From the NCBI GenBank assembly GCA_031414775.1, contig JANOQI010000041.1, forward strand, positions 138,727 to 202,726: DNA of 64,000 bases. Reading direction: 5' to 3'. The notes beneath the pieces were generated by a model. That model worked only from the letters and a program-made list of their open reading frames with translations, had not been told where the DNA came from and did not search any database. Numbering within the stretch: the stretch's first letter is position 1; each line of letters starts with the position of its first letter. Position numbers and translations under genes: made by a program. The DNA comes from Synechococcales cyanobacterium VAR_4_metabat_354 (GTDB taxonomy: Bacteria; Cyanobacteriota; Cyanobacteriia; Cyanobacteriales; Chamaesiphonaceae). This document shows, one piece after another, positions 1 to 10,542 of this stretch.

Positions 1-1
1 T

Positions 2-709
2 TGGCACAGCTTCGATCTATTGCCGACACTCTGCCCCGCACAAGATATCCAAGGCTTCATCTTTGACTTGGATGGGGTATTGACAGACACTGCCGAATTT
101 CACTACCGAGCTTGGCAGCGACTGGCCGACGAAGCTGGACTGCCCTTCGATCGTCAGGCCAATAAAGCATTGCTAGGCGTGGCGCGGAGAGAATCACTAA
201 TGCTGATTGTAGGCGATCAGCAGTATTCGGAATCATCACTTCAGGAAATGATGGAGCGCAAAAATCGCTACTATGTGGAATCTATCCAAACCATCACCCC
301 CCGCAATGTTTTGCCCGGAGTCTTAGAGCTGTTAGATGAACTCCGCCGATCCGGAATTAAAATTGCGATCGGTTCTGGCAGCAAGAATGCGCGCACTGTG
401 ATCGAGAAACTAGGAATTGCTGATCGCATCGATGAAATTGCTGATGGCTCCAGTGTCAAGAACCCCAAACCAGCCCCTGACATATTTTTATACGCTGCTA
501 CTTTATTAAAACTTGATCCTGCTCACTGCGTGGTGGTGGAAGATGCCCCTGCCGGAGTTGCCGCCGCGCTCGCTGCTGGTATGTGGACGATCGGACTTGG
601 CTCCGCTGATTTGGTTGGCTCTGCTCACATTGTGCTGCCTAGCTTGCAGGATGCTTCTTTACACAATCTACAGCTCCAACTAGACATGTCTAAAAACTCG
701 TCAGATTAG
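2..709 (+). CDS. pgmB: Beta-phosphoglucomutase (HAD family); frame open to the window edge, possibly the C-terminal domain of a GH65 phosphorylase-betaPGM fusion
   Basis: FIFDLDGVLTDTAEFHYRAW, KPAPDIF and VVEDA motifs; no in-frame stop between base 2 and the TTG at 20 (WHSFDL...). Confidence 0.85.
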   Translation, partial: WHSFDLLPTLCPAQDIQGFIFDLDGVLTDTAEFHYRAWQRLADEAGLPFDRQANKALLGVARRESLMLIVGDQQYSESSLQEMMERKNRYYVESIQTITPRNVLPGVLELLDELRRSGIKIAIGSGSKNARTVIEKLGIADRIDEIADGSSVKNPKPAPDIFLYAATLLKLDPAHCVVVEDAPAGVAAALAAGMWTIGLGSADLVGSAHIVLPSLQDASLHNLQLQLDMSKNSSD

Positions 710-997
710 TCTCACTCAATTTTTTCGGAGAAATTTTTTGTAATTATTTGAAATTGTCTGGCTAGCGATACCTAAAATCATTTTTTTCAAACAGTATCAA
801 ATAATATTAAAGTTCGTGATATATTATACTTGCCAATAGGGTTAACCTTTGACAAATGAGCAAGCCGCCAAAAGCATTTAGGGTTTTGTCTTGAAACATA
901 GATAATCTAACATGTTACAAATATTTTGCGGTGCAATCGAGTTGAAAATAACAGAATTAACGTTAGTATATCTAGACTTGAATAACTTCATCATAGT

Positions 998-3298
998 ATG
1001 AAAAATAATGTCTCCCGAATATCTAGTATTAATTCTATCCAGTCTCCAAAAGGGGATATTACAGGTATAGGTGAAGACTTATATCAACTGCGGCAAGTCA
1101 AGAAAATCAATCTTGAATTTCTGTTAGCTAGCCTACGTAAGTACTGGTATGTCAGCTTTTTATTAAGTACATTGATGATGGCTGGGATTTACTATAAAAC
1201 TTGGAAAGAGCCACGCATCTATCGATCAGACATTCAAATTGAGATTGAGTTACAAGAAAACTCCAGCATGGCTGAGAAACTAGCTTTAAGTACTGGTGAT
1301 ACTAGTGCTGATAGCCGGGCAACTACGATTGAAACTATTTTACAGATATTAAAAAGTGATAAAATTCTTCAACAAGCCATTGATGGTATTCCCAATCAAG
1401 AATTGAGACCATCCGTGGATGAAGTTAGTGGAAACCTGCGGATCGTGTCAGGGCAAAATAGTAATATTTTATCTATTAGCTATACTGATACTATTCCGGA
1501 GCGAGCGGTAGCAACTCTAAATGCTTTGGGCAGTACTTATATTGACTATAGTATTAAAACTAAAAAAGCTCGTACTGATAACTCGATCAATTTTATCGAG
1601 TCACAATTACCTGAATCACGCAAAAGGTTAGAAATATCCTCCAGACAGTTAGAGGAATTTCGGCGAAAATATGGATTTGTTGATCCTGAAAACTCCGGTC
1701 AATCTCTAACAGCATATCGTCAGCAGATCATTGATAAGCTAGACGAGATGAAGGTTAAGCGACTGCAAACTCAACAACAATATGAAGAGCTTAAGAAAAA
1801 TCTAACTGAGGTGGGTTTACAGTCTGATAATGTGCTCAGTACCACGATGTTAACTCAGGATGCCGCCTATCAAGAGCTATTTAAAAAGTTAAACGAATTA
1901 GAACTATCGTACAGTCAGGAAACTGTCAGGTTTAATGATAATAACCCGATCTCAATTGGCCTCAAGGAAAAACGTGATCAGGTATTGTCATTACTAAGAA
2001 ATCGGGCGCAGCAAGTGCTCAAACGGAATGTTTTAGATAAAGAGCTTACCAATGGGGGAATTGCTAATTTCAGTAACAATCTAGCCCAAAATTTAGCTAA
2101 TAAACAAGCTGAAATCGTAACTAGTCTGGCTTCTCAGGAGTCAGAAGAACAAGGCTTACGCAAGATTTATGAGCGGGTAGAGTATCAAATTGCTCAATTG
2201 CCTAATCTGCAAAAACAATATACTGAGTTGCAGCGGCAGTATACTATTTACTCCCAAGAAATGACTGCATTTCTCCAAAAATTGCAAGGTTTGAAAATTA
2301 CTGGTGCTGAACGGGTGATCCCTTGGAATTTGCTAGATCCTCCCAAGCTGCCCCAAGAACCGATATCTCCTAATGTACCGCAACGACTAGGACTAGGTGC
2401 GTTAGGTAGTTTATTAGTTGGTTTATTAGCAGCCGTTGGTTTAAATCAATTTGATGATCGAGTTGATGATCCAGACACCGTAAAATCAACTTTGGGAATA
2501 CCGCTATTGGCTCTTATTCCAACGGTAAGTAGTTTCTCCCAAATACAAGCTAGAGGAAGTACAGTTCTTCAAACTACTAAAAATGATAGTAAGAACTATT
2601 CTTCTTGGAATTTTGTCGAAGCGATTCGAACTCTGGCTTTGGGAATTGGACTGACCACTGATGGTGAGGAAAACCAGATGGGTAAAGTTGTGGCCTTTAC
2701 TTCATCACTACCAAAAGAAGGGAAGTCAACTATTACCTTTCATACTGGCGTTACCCTGGCCGAATTAGGCTATCGCGTCTTGTTGGTGGATGCAGATTTA
2801 TATAGATCTAGTCTTTCTAGCTTATGCCAAGGTTCAGAGTTATTTCAGTCTGTGGATTTTTCTGATGAAACTGGGTTGAGTGATGCACTACTAAAAGTCG
2901 ATAAATGGGAAAATTTAATTAAAAAATGTTCTCAAATAAAATTAGATGTACTATTATCTGGACATCAACCGATTAATTCGATCGCGTTGCTTAACTCCCC
3001 CCATTTTCCTCGACTAATTGAGCAATGGAAAAGAAAATATGATTATGTGATTTTTGATACCCCACCAGTTGTCGGAGTTAGTGATACCCATTTAATTACA
3101 ACTCTGGTGGATGGACTAATTTATATTGTGAGTTTAGATGTTGCTCAATGGCAGGCGGTCAAACGAACAATGGAAATTATTTCCCCAATTCAAACACCAA
3201 TTTTAGGGTTAGTAATCAACCGAGTCAAAAATACGCATTCCAATAAGTATCATCCTTACTATCGCAGTAGACCCGAAGTTTTTTCGAGACGACAATGA
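998..3298 (+). CDS. wzc: Polysaccharide co-polymerase / tyrosine autokinase (Wzc/GumC family)
   Basis: Two TM segments around a coiled-coil region; Walker A SSLPKEGKST, A' LLVDAD, B IFDTPP; C-terminal Tyr cluster YHPYY. Confidence 0.9.
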   Translation: MKNNVSRISSINSIQSPKGDITGIGEDLYQLRQVKKINLEFLLASLRKYWYVSFLLSTLMMAGIYYKTWKEPRIYRSDIQIEIELQENSSMAEKLALSTGDTSADSRATTIETILQILKSDKILQQAIDGIPNQELRPSVDEVSGNLRIVSGQNSNILSISYTDTIPERAVATLNALGSTYIDYSIKTKKARTDNSINFIESQLPESRKRLEISSRQLEEFRRKYGFVDPENSGQSLTAYRQQIIDKLDEMKVKRLQTQQQYEELKKNLTEVGLQSDNVLSTTMLTQDAAYQELFKKLNELELSYSQETVRFNDNNPISIGLKEKRDQVLSLLRNRAQQVLKRNVLDKELTNGGIANFSNNLAQNLANKQAEIVTSLASQESEEQGLRKIYERVEYQIAQLPNLQKQYTELQRQYTIYSQEMTAFLQKLQGLKITGAERVIPWNLLDPPKLPQEPISPNVPQRLGLGALGSLLVGLLAAVGLNQFDDRVDDPDTVKSTLGIPLLALIPTVSSFSQIQARGSTVLQTTKNDSKNYSSWNFVEAIRTLALGIGLTTDGEENQMGKVVAFTSSLPKEGKSTITFHTGVTLAELGYRVLLVDADLYRSSLSSLCQGSELFQSVDFSDETGLSDALLKVDKWENLIKKCSQIKLDVLLSGHQPINSIALLNSPHFPRLIEQWKRKYDYVIFDTPPVVGVSDTHLITTLVDGLIYIVSLDVAQWQAVKRTMEIISPIQTPILGLVINRVKNTHSNKYHPYYRSRPEVFSRRQ

Positions 3299-3363
3299 AT
3301 CAAAAGTTGATCGCTGTTGAAGCCGAGAAATAGATTTTCAAACTACCCCCCCCCGAATCAGTC

Positions 3364-4566
3364 ATGAAAATAGTTCATTTAGCCAAATACCATTCTCCTC
3401 TTTATGGTGGAATGGAAAGTCATGTGGAAACTTTAGCTCGCAAGCAAGCTGAATTAGGTGCTGAGGTTTGTATCGTATGTGTAAATAGTTTTGATGAAGA
3501 TTTGAAATTATCACAGCAAACTAAGACTAAAATCGAGGTTACTGATCGGGTGCAGGTAGTCAAAGTTCGTCGCCTGGTATCATTTTTGAAACTGGATTTC
3601 TGCCCATCCCTAATTTTTTATATTCGTTATTTCTCTAAATTTCCCGATACAATTTTTCACGTCCATACGCCTAATCCAACTATGTTGATTTCTTTGGCGA
3701 TGATGGGTAAGACCCGTAACTTAGTAATCACCCACCACAGTGATGCTATTCGACAGCAGTTGCTCAAATATTTATTTCGTCCGATCGAGCATTTTATTTA
3801 TCGGCAAGCAGAAATCACTCTAACTACCAGTCCAAATTATCAGACCGGCTCCAAATTTCTGCGCTTATACCGAAATCGTTTAGGGGTCTTGCCACTGGGG
3901 ATTGATACTTCTGTTTTTAGTAATCCTTCCCCACCGATAGTGGAACGAGCACAGCAATTAAAAGCAGAATATGGGGATGTCTTATGGTTAGCCGTAGGAC
4001 GGTTAGTATACTATAAATCTTTTCATGTGGCGATCGAAGCTTTACAGCATGTGCCTGGAAAGTTATTAATTATTGGAACTGGTAAGTTAGCCGAAAATCT
4101 CCACAAAACAGCCCGTAAATTCAATGTTGCCGATCGCGTGATTTGGTTGGGTAAGACTAGTGAAACTGACTTGATTGCGGCTTATCGAGCAGCAACAGCT
4201 ATGTGGTTTCCGTCGAATGTCCGCAGTGAAGCTTTTGGGATGGTTCAAGTGGAAGCGATGGCTAGTGGCTGTCCAGTGATTAACTGTGATATTCCGGGTA
4301 GTGGTGTTTCTTGGGTTTGTCGCCATGAGCTAGAGGGTTTGACCGTACAGCGAAACAATCCCTTTGAATTTGCCGCAGCGGCCAGAAGGTTGTTAGAAGA
4401 ACCGGGCTTGAGAGATCGTCTATCGGCAGGCGCTCAACGTAGAGTTTTGGAATTTACGGATGAGAAAATGGCGCGCCATAGTTTGGAAATTTATAGTCAG
4501 GTTCTAGCCAATGAAAAATCTCTAGATCAACTAGCTCCGTTAGTCGAAGAAGCAATGGGCACCTAA
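3364..4566 (+). CDS. Glycosyltransferase family 4
   Basis: VGRLVYYK and EAFGMVQVEAMASG (EX7E) motifs. Confidence 0.9.
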   Translation: MKIVHLAKYHSPLYGGMESHVETLARKQAELGAEVCIVCVNSFDEDLKLSQQTKTKIEVTDRVQVVKVRRLVSFLKLDFCPSLIFYIRYFSKFPDTIFHVHTPNPTMLISLAMMGKTRNLVITHHSDAIRQQLLKYLFRPIEHFIYRQAEITLTTSPNYQTGSKFLRLYRNRLGVLPLGIDTSVFSNPSPPIVERAQQLKAEYGDVLWLAVGRLVYYKSFHVAIEALQHVPGKLLIIGTGKLAENLHKTARKFNVADRVIWLGKTSETDLIAAYRAATAMWFPSNVRSEAFGMVQVEAMASGCPVINCDIPGSGVSWVCRHELEGLTVQRNNPFEFAAAARRLLEEPGLRDRLSAGAQRRVLEFTDEKMARHSLEIYSQVLANEKSLDQLAPLVEEAMGT

Positions 4567-4572
4567 CATATT

Positions 4573-5682
4573 ATGAAAGTTCTCCATGTGTATGCAGGTA
4601 ATCTTTTTGGTGGGATTGAAACTCTTTTAGTCACCTTGGCGCGAGAGCGACAGTTATGCCCAGAAATGGATCACCAATTTGCTTTGTGTTTTTCGGGACG
4701 TTTATCTCAGGAATTGATCAGTACGGGGGTGAAGGTCCATGAGCTGGGGACGGTTAAGCTGCGCTATCCTTGGCAGGTGCTGAAAGCAAGAGCACGATTG
4801 CGAAAAGTAATTGAGTCGGAAGCTATTGATGCGGTTATTTGCCATGCTTGCTGGCCACAAGCTATTTTTGGTTCGGTAGTGAAACGACTGGGAAAAAAGT
4901 TGTTGTTTTGGTGTCATGATACTCCTAATGGCCAAAGTATCTTAGAGGGGTTGGCTAAGTTGGTGCAACCAGATTTTGTGATTGCCAATAGTCATTTTAC
5001 CGAGCAGCATCTGCACCTACTATATCCTCGTGCTAAAAGTCAAGTCATTTACGCTCCTGTTGTCGATACTCAGTGCGAGCAAACTCCAGAAGTTCGACAT
5101 CAGCTTCGGCAACAGTTTAATACTATGGATGAGACTGTAGTTATCACTCAAGTTTCTCGCTTGGAACGTTTGAAAGGGCATACCATATTGATTTCTGCAT
5201 TGGGATTAATGAAAGACTTGCCTAATTGGGAGTGCTGGATCGTTGGTGGAGTGCAAAGGGAAAGTGAACAATCTTATCTAAGAGAATTGGAACAGCAGGT
5301 ACAGGATCTGGGATTAGAAAAACGGGTGCGTTGGTTGGGGCAAAGAGATGATGTCCCGCAGGTGTTAGCGGCTAGTGATATTTTCTGTCAGCCCAATTTG
5401 GGAGAAGAATCATTTGGGATCGTTTTCGTTGAAGCTTTTTATGCTGGCTTGCCAGTGGTGACTGTCAAGATTGGTGGTGGTGGAGAAATTGTGACATCAG
5501 AGTGTGGCTATGCTGTACCACCGGGGGATGTAATGGGAGTAACGATGGCTCTGCAAAAGTTAGTGAAGAATTCTCTTCATCGTGGGGAGTTGCAGGTGGC
5601 GGCGAAGGCTAGGGCGCATGAATTGTGCGATCCACAACGACAGATATCCACTATTGCAGAATTGTTAGTGATGAGTTCTTGA
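4573..5682 (+). CDS. Glycosyltransferase family 4
   Basis: SRLERLKG and ESFGIVFVEA motifs. Confidence 0.9.
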   Translation: MKVLHVYAGNLFGGIETLLVTLARERQLCPEMDHQFALCFSGRLSQELISTGVKVHELGTVKLRYPWQVLKARARLRKVIESEAIDAVICHACWPQAIFGSVVKRLGKKLLFWCHDTPNGQSILEGLAKLVQPDFVIANSHFTEQHLHLLYPRAKSQVIYAPVVDTQCEQTPEVRHQLRQQFNTMDETVVITQVSRLERLKGHTILISALGLMKDLPNWECWIVGGVQRESEQSYLRELEQQVQDLGLEKRVRWLGQRDDVPQVLAASDIFCQPNLGEESFGIVFVEAFYAGLPVVTVKIGGGGEIVTSECGYAVPPGDVMGVTMALQKLVKNSLHRGELQVAAKARAHELCDPQRQISTIAELLVMSS

Positions 5683-5730
5683 AAATGAAAATATTGATGT
5701 GGTAATTAGCAGACTTTATAACCATATATT

Positions 5731-6576
5731 ATGAATAAAAAAATTGTTAGGATGATTTTGTTTGTTGTTTCACGGCCTGTTTTCTATAATTGGTTTTATC
5801 TTTGTAATAAACTATGCTTGTATGCAATGAATCGGGTTTCTGCTGCCTTTTTAGATTGTGAATTAAGCGGAGAAAAAGAAGCATTAGAATGGGTATTGAA
5901 AAAGCTTTCTACCAAACCTAAAAAAATATTCATTTTTGATTGTGGCGGTAATCTTGGTCAGTATTCTTCCATGCTTCTATCAACAATAGATAAATTGAAA
6001 ATTGGCAATGAAACAGAAATTCATATATTTGAGCCATCAAGCTTTTGTTTAGATATCTTAGCCAATAAATTTAGTGACGTTGCGAATGTGAATTTGCACC
6101 AGACTGCTGTCTCAAACACAAACAGTAATGCTAACTTATATTATCCTTGGATAGGTTCGGCAGGAGCCAGTTTATCTAGTAATGTTGCGACTGCTCAGGT
6201 AGTGTCAGGAGCCTTTGAAGTTAAGTCTGAGCAAATTGAGACAGTTACTTTGGATAGTTTTTGTGAAAAAAATAATATCGAATCAATAGATTACTTGAAG
6301 TTAGATATTGAAGGATATGAAATATTTGCACTTGAAGGAGCGCAGTCCATGTTAGCAAATAACAAAATAGCCTATATTCAGATAGAGATAGGGGCAGCAT
6401 CGCTAGCAACTAAGTGTATGTTGTTTGATATATATAATATGCTTTCAATAGATTACAAGTTTTATCTTGTTTTGAATCATGGTTTGGTTGAAATTAGCGA
6501 ATACAAGCCAGATCTTGAGTGCTTTCATGGTGCCTCTAATTTTATCTTAGAGAATAGAGCATTAAGTTCATGTTGA
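5731..6576 (+). CDS. FkbM-family methyltransferase
   Basis: IFDCGGNLG, FEPS and LKLDIEGYE motifs. Confidence 0.9.
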   Translation: MNKKIVRMILFVVSRPVFYNWFYLCNKLCLYAMNRVSAAFLDCELSGEKEALEWVLKKLSTKPKKIFIFDCGGNLGQYSSMLLSTIDKLKIGNETEIHIFEPSSFCLDILANKFSDVANVNLHQTAVSNTNSNANLYYPWIGSAGASLSSNVATAQVVSGAFEVKSEQIETVTLDSFCEKNNIESIDYLKLDIEGYEIFALEGAQSMLANNKIAYIQIEIGAASLATKCMLFDIYNMLSIDYKFYLVLNHGLVEISEYKPDLECFHGASNFILENRALSSC

Positions 6577-6706
6577 CTTTGGAGAATTTATTCTAACACT
6601 TTTCAAGAATGTCTTGAATGTAGTACAAATTTTATAACAGATTTACTAGAAGTAAGTTTTATTCTGATTGTTAATTGATCTCGATTGAGATTCACTATAT
6701 AAATAA

Positions 6707-8119
6707 ATGTTTCTGAATAATCAATCTGAAAGATGGAATTGGATACATACTTTTCTGCTAATCCAGTTTATTTTACAATTACTCACCCTTGTTCCTACAC
6801 TAGGAACAGCTCGCACTGTATTCAGAATTGCTACCTTTGGGTTAAGCATTTGCTTAGTAATTGCTACTATTTCCCAGCCAGCGATCGAACATCCTGCTAA
6901 GTGGCCAGTCTATAGTATTCTTTTAATTTTATTAATTTCCTTATGCTTGCATCCTCAAGTCAACACTATTCCGGCGGGCTTGGGACAGATTGCTATGTAC
7001 TTAGCAATTTTAGGGCCTGTGTTCTGGGCTAGTAGATTCCCCTTATCAGCCATCGGTTTTCGTAACTTAGTTATAATGCTTTGGCTTTTTCAATCGATTA
7101 GTTCATTATTTGGTTTACTTCAGATCTACTTCCCTGGACAGTTTCAGTTCCAACTATCATCGGTAATTGAGAATAGCAAATATGGTGGTGAAAGCTTAAA
7201 AATTACATTGGGTAATGGATTATCTGTATATCGTCCGATGGGATTAACTGATACTCCTGGTGGTGCATCAGTTGCTGGGTTTTACACGGTACTCTTAGGG
7301 TTAGCTTTTTTCTTAGAAGGTAAAAATAAGTGGTTGATGGGCTTGGGGATTTCTAGTAGTTTCGTAGGTTTTTTCTGTATTTATTTATCTCAAGTACGTA
7401 GTATGCTGATCAATACTTGTTTTTGTGTATTAACACTATTAGTAATTTTACTTTTGAGTAGAAATTTTAAACGTGTTTTTGCCCTGATGGGAATTATTCA
7501 ACCTTTGATATTAGGAACATTTGCTTGGGCAATTGCGGTAGGTGGTAAATCTACTAGTGATCGAACGTTATCTTTGTTTGAAGGGAGTGCAGACAATGTT
7601 TACCAGCAAAATCGGGGGCATTTTCTACAGAGTACAATTAATGAATTGTTGCCTCAGTATCCTTTTGGGGCGGGATTAGGTCGATGGGGGATGGTAAATA
7701 GTTATTTTGGTGAAAATGATAATCCACTTACTAGTTCAATCTGGGTAGAAATTCAATGGACTGGTTGGTTATTAGATGGGGGATTACCCTTGATTATTGC
7801 TTATTGTGTAGCCATTGGGTCAGTATGCTATTTTGCATTTCAGACGGTTTTTAAAACCCAAATGAAAACATTACCTTTCCTAAGTGCGGTCATACTTGCT
7901 TATAATATGGGTACAATTTTGATTACATTTAATTACCCAATTTTTATTTCTCAGATAGGAATGGAATTTTGGTTACTAAATACGGCATTGGCTGTTGCAT
8001 TTATAAATGAAAGTTGGAAAATGGAAAGCGATTTGAATTTTTCACCAGATCATATTATTTCAAATATAAATATCAAGAATGGTAAGAAGATGATGCGTAT
8101 CCCAATGGAGAATAAGTAA
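6707..8119 (+). CDS. Polytopic membrane protein, Wzy polymerase / O-antigen ligase-like
   Basis: Many hydrophobic segments, periplasmic loop RPMGLTDTPG, PFGAGLGRWG motif; polysaccharide cluster context. Confidence 0.7.
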   Translation: MFLNNQSERWNWIHTFLLIQFILQLLTLVPTLGTARTVFRIATFGLSICLVIATISQPAIEHPAKWPVYSILLILLISLCLHPQVNTIPAGLGQIAMYLAILGPVFWASRFPLSAIGFRNLVIMLWLFQSISSLFGLLQIYFPGQFQFQLSSVIENSKYGGESLKITLGNGLSVYRPMGLTDTPGGASVAGFYTVLLGLAFFLEGKNKWLMGLGISSSFVGFFCIYLSQVRSMLINTCFCVLTLLVILLLSRNFKRVFALMGIIQPLILGTFAWAIAVGGKSTSDRTLSLFEGSADNVYQQNRGHFLQSTINELLPQYPFGAGLGRWGMVNSYFGENDNPLTSSIWVEIQWTGWLLDGGLPLIIAYCVAIGSVCYFAFQTVFKTQMKTLPFLSAVILAYNMGTILITFNYPIFISQIGMEFWLLNTALAVAFINESWKMESDLNFSPDHIISNINIKNGKKMMRIPMENK

Positions 8120-8309
8120 TGCAATTTGAATGAATAATATTTGAAATGTTATTCAGTAATTGGTCGTTATCTATACATTGATTCTACAACGCCTGAATTC
8201 GATCATTTTATTATCAACGATGTAAACGAATAGTCTTGGCAATATGCCACTAGAATTAAAGTAATATTAATATTTCCTCTAGATTAAGGAAAGTAAGTAA
8301 AGCTAAGTT

Positions 8310-9152
8310 ATGAATGCACAAACGACAGACTCTAGACCTGAATTGATCATTGAAGCAGGACGAAGTGAAAAGCAGTATTGGAAAGATATCTGGCGATATC
8401 GTGACTTATTTTACTTTTTGGCATGGCGCGACATCCTAGTACGTTATAGGCAGACAGCGATTGGTATTGCCTGGGCATTGATTCGCCCATTTTTGACGAT
8501 GGTGGTATTCACCATCGTATTTGGAAATTTAGCTAAGTTGCCATCAGAAGGTGTACCTTACCCGATTTTAGTTTTTTCTGCAATGTTGCCTTGGCAGTTC
8601 TTTTCTAATTCTTTATCTGAATGTAGTAATAGTCTGATTACTAACTCTAATTTGATCTCCAAGGTCTATTTTCCGAGATTGATAGTACCAATTAGTTCTG
8701 TGGTCGTGAGTTTTGTGGATTTCATGATTTCTGGGATAATTTTGTTGGGATTGATGGCTTGGTATAACTATGTTCCTAGTTGGCGAATTCTGATGTTACC
8801 AGTGTTTATAGCGATAGCATTTGCGGCTTCGGTTGGGTCTGGCTTGTGGCTAGCATCATTCAATGTTAAATATCGAGATTTCCGCTATATTGTGCCTTTT
8901 GTCGTTCAATTTGGGCTGTATATTTCTCCGGTAGGATTTAGTAGTAGTATCGTTCCCGAAAAGTGGCGATTTCTTTATTCTTTGAATCCGATGGTGGGAG
9001 TGATTGATGGATTTCGTTGGTCTATTTTAGGGGGAGAGTCAAAGCTATATTGGCCGGGTTTTTTGCTATCTTTAGGGCTAGTATTCCTTTTACTGATTAC
9101 AGGAATTGCCTACTTCCGCAAAATGGAGCGGACATTCGCTGATGTGATTTAG
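8310..9152 (+). CDS. wzm: ABC-2 polysaccharide exporter permease
   Basis: RDILVRYRQTAIGIAW and LNPMVGVIDGFR motifs; adjacent to wzt. Confidence 0.92.
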   Translation: MNAQTTDSRPELIIEAGRSEKQYWKDIWRYRDLFYFLAWRDILVRYRQTAIGIAWALIRPFLTMVVFTIVFGNLAKLPSEGVPYPILVFSAMLPWQFFSNSLSECSNSLITNSNLISKVYFPRLIVPISSVVVSFVDFMISGIILLGLMAWYNYVPSWRILMLPVFIAIAFAASVGSGLWLASFNVKYRDFRYIVPFVVQFGLYISPVGFSSSIVPEKWRFLYSLNPMVGVIDGFRWSILGGESKLYWPGFLLSLGLVFLLLITGIAYFRKMERTFADVI

Positions 9153-9195
9153 GTCTGGAAATTGAGGGTTTTATGGAGTGATGGAATAAGAATTT

Positions 9196-10488
9196 ATGTC
9201 TGATATAGTAATCAAGGCCGAAAATTTAAGTAAAAAGTATATTATTGGGCATCAGCGTGAGGAACGCTACACGACATTACGGGATTCGATCGTCAATGGT
9301 GCTAAGGGTTTATTGAAGCCGTTTCAACGTGGTCAATCTCAAGTTGTAGATCCAACTTCTGAAGAATTTTGGGCACTGAAGGATGTGTCGTTTGAGATTA
9401 AGCAGGGCGATCGGGTTGGGATTATTGGGCGGAATGGGGCAGGGAAATCGACGCTACTGAAGATTTTGAGCCGTATTACGGAACCGACAGAAGGGCGAAT
9501 TAAGATTAAAGGGCGTGTGGCGAGTTTGTTAGAGGTGGGGACAGGGTTTCATCCAGAGCTGACGGGAAGAGAGAATATTTTCCTAAATGGGGCTATTTTG
9601 GGGATGGGGCGGGAGGAGATTAAGAAAAAGTTTGATGAGATTGTAGCGTTTGCGGAAGTGGAAAAGTTCCTGGATACGCCAGTGAAGCGATATAGCAGTG
9701 GAATGTATGTCCGCTTGGCGTTTGCGGTGGCGGCACATTTGGAGTCTGAAATTTTGATTGTGGATGAGGTGTTGGCGGTAGGCGATATGAGTTTTCAGGA
9801 AAAGTGTCTAGGAAAGATGCAAAATATCAGTTCTAGTGGCAGAACAGTTTTGTTTGTTAGTCACAACATGGATAGTATTCGGCGATTATGTTCGTCGGGG
9901 ATCTATCTCCAGTCTGGATTTGTTAAAGATTTAGGGAGAATTGAAGAGATCACCAACACATACCTAACGCAATTTAGTACTGGAATAAAAGGAAATATAA
10001 TTCCTTTTCCTGAGATGTCTAATTCGGGTTACTTTATAGAAAAAATTGAGATTTTAGACATTGATGCATCCCCTAAGCAACATATTAGTACTTGGGATGC
10101 TGTTAGATTTAGAATTTCATTTTATTGTCATATAGCTATCAATTCCGGCTCAGTAGTATTACAGGTTTCTACTTTATCAGGAACTGTTTTGATGCTCTGC
10201 TCTACTCAGCCAGATTCGAATTTCAAGACTGAGTTTAAGGAAGGGATGAATTTTGTTGATTGCATCTTCCCTAAATTCTGTCTTTCAGCGGGAAGATACC
10301 TAATTGGTGCTGGGTTAGCTATTCCGAATGTTGAGTGGTTATACCAACAGTTAGATTGTGGAATTCTTGAAGTCTTTTCTAAAGATATATATCATTCTGG
10401 ACTTGCTCCTGCTAGTTCTCGATATGTATTACCACTAGAGCATCAATGGGAGTCTTCACAGGTTATTAAGACTGCTACCAGTAAATAA
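9196..10488 (+). CDS. wzt: ABC polysaccharide exporter ATPase with C-terminal Wzt_C-like extension
   Basis: GRNGAGKST, YSSGM, IVDEVLAVGD; ~170 aa beta-rich C-terminal domain. Confidence 0.92.
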   Translation: MSDIVIKAENLSKKYIIGHQREERYTTLRDSIVNGAKGLLKPFQRGQSQVVDPTSEEFWALKDVSFEIKQGDRVGIIGRNGAGKSTLLKILSRITEPTEGRIKIKGRVASLLEVGTGFHPELTGRENIFLNGAILGMGREEIKKKFDEIVAFAEVEKFLDTPVKRYSSGMYVRLAFAVAAHLESEILIVDEVLAVGDMSFQEKCLGKMQNISSSGRTVLFVSHNMDSIRRLCSSGIYLQSGFVKDLGRIEEITNTYLTQFSTGIKGNIIPFPEMSNSGYFIEKIEILDIDASPKQHISTWDAVRFRISFYCHIAINSGSVVLQVSTLSGTVLMLCSTQPDSNFKTEFKEGMNFVDCIFPKFCLSAGRYLIGAGLAIPNVEWLYQQLDCGILEVFSKDIYHSGLAPASSRYVLPLEHQWESSQVIKTATSK

Positions 10489-10542
10489 AAGATTACTATT
10501 ATTCAATCTTAGCTAATCTTTAAATAAGTAATTGAAATACAA

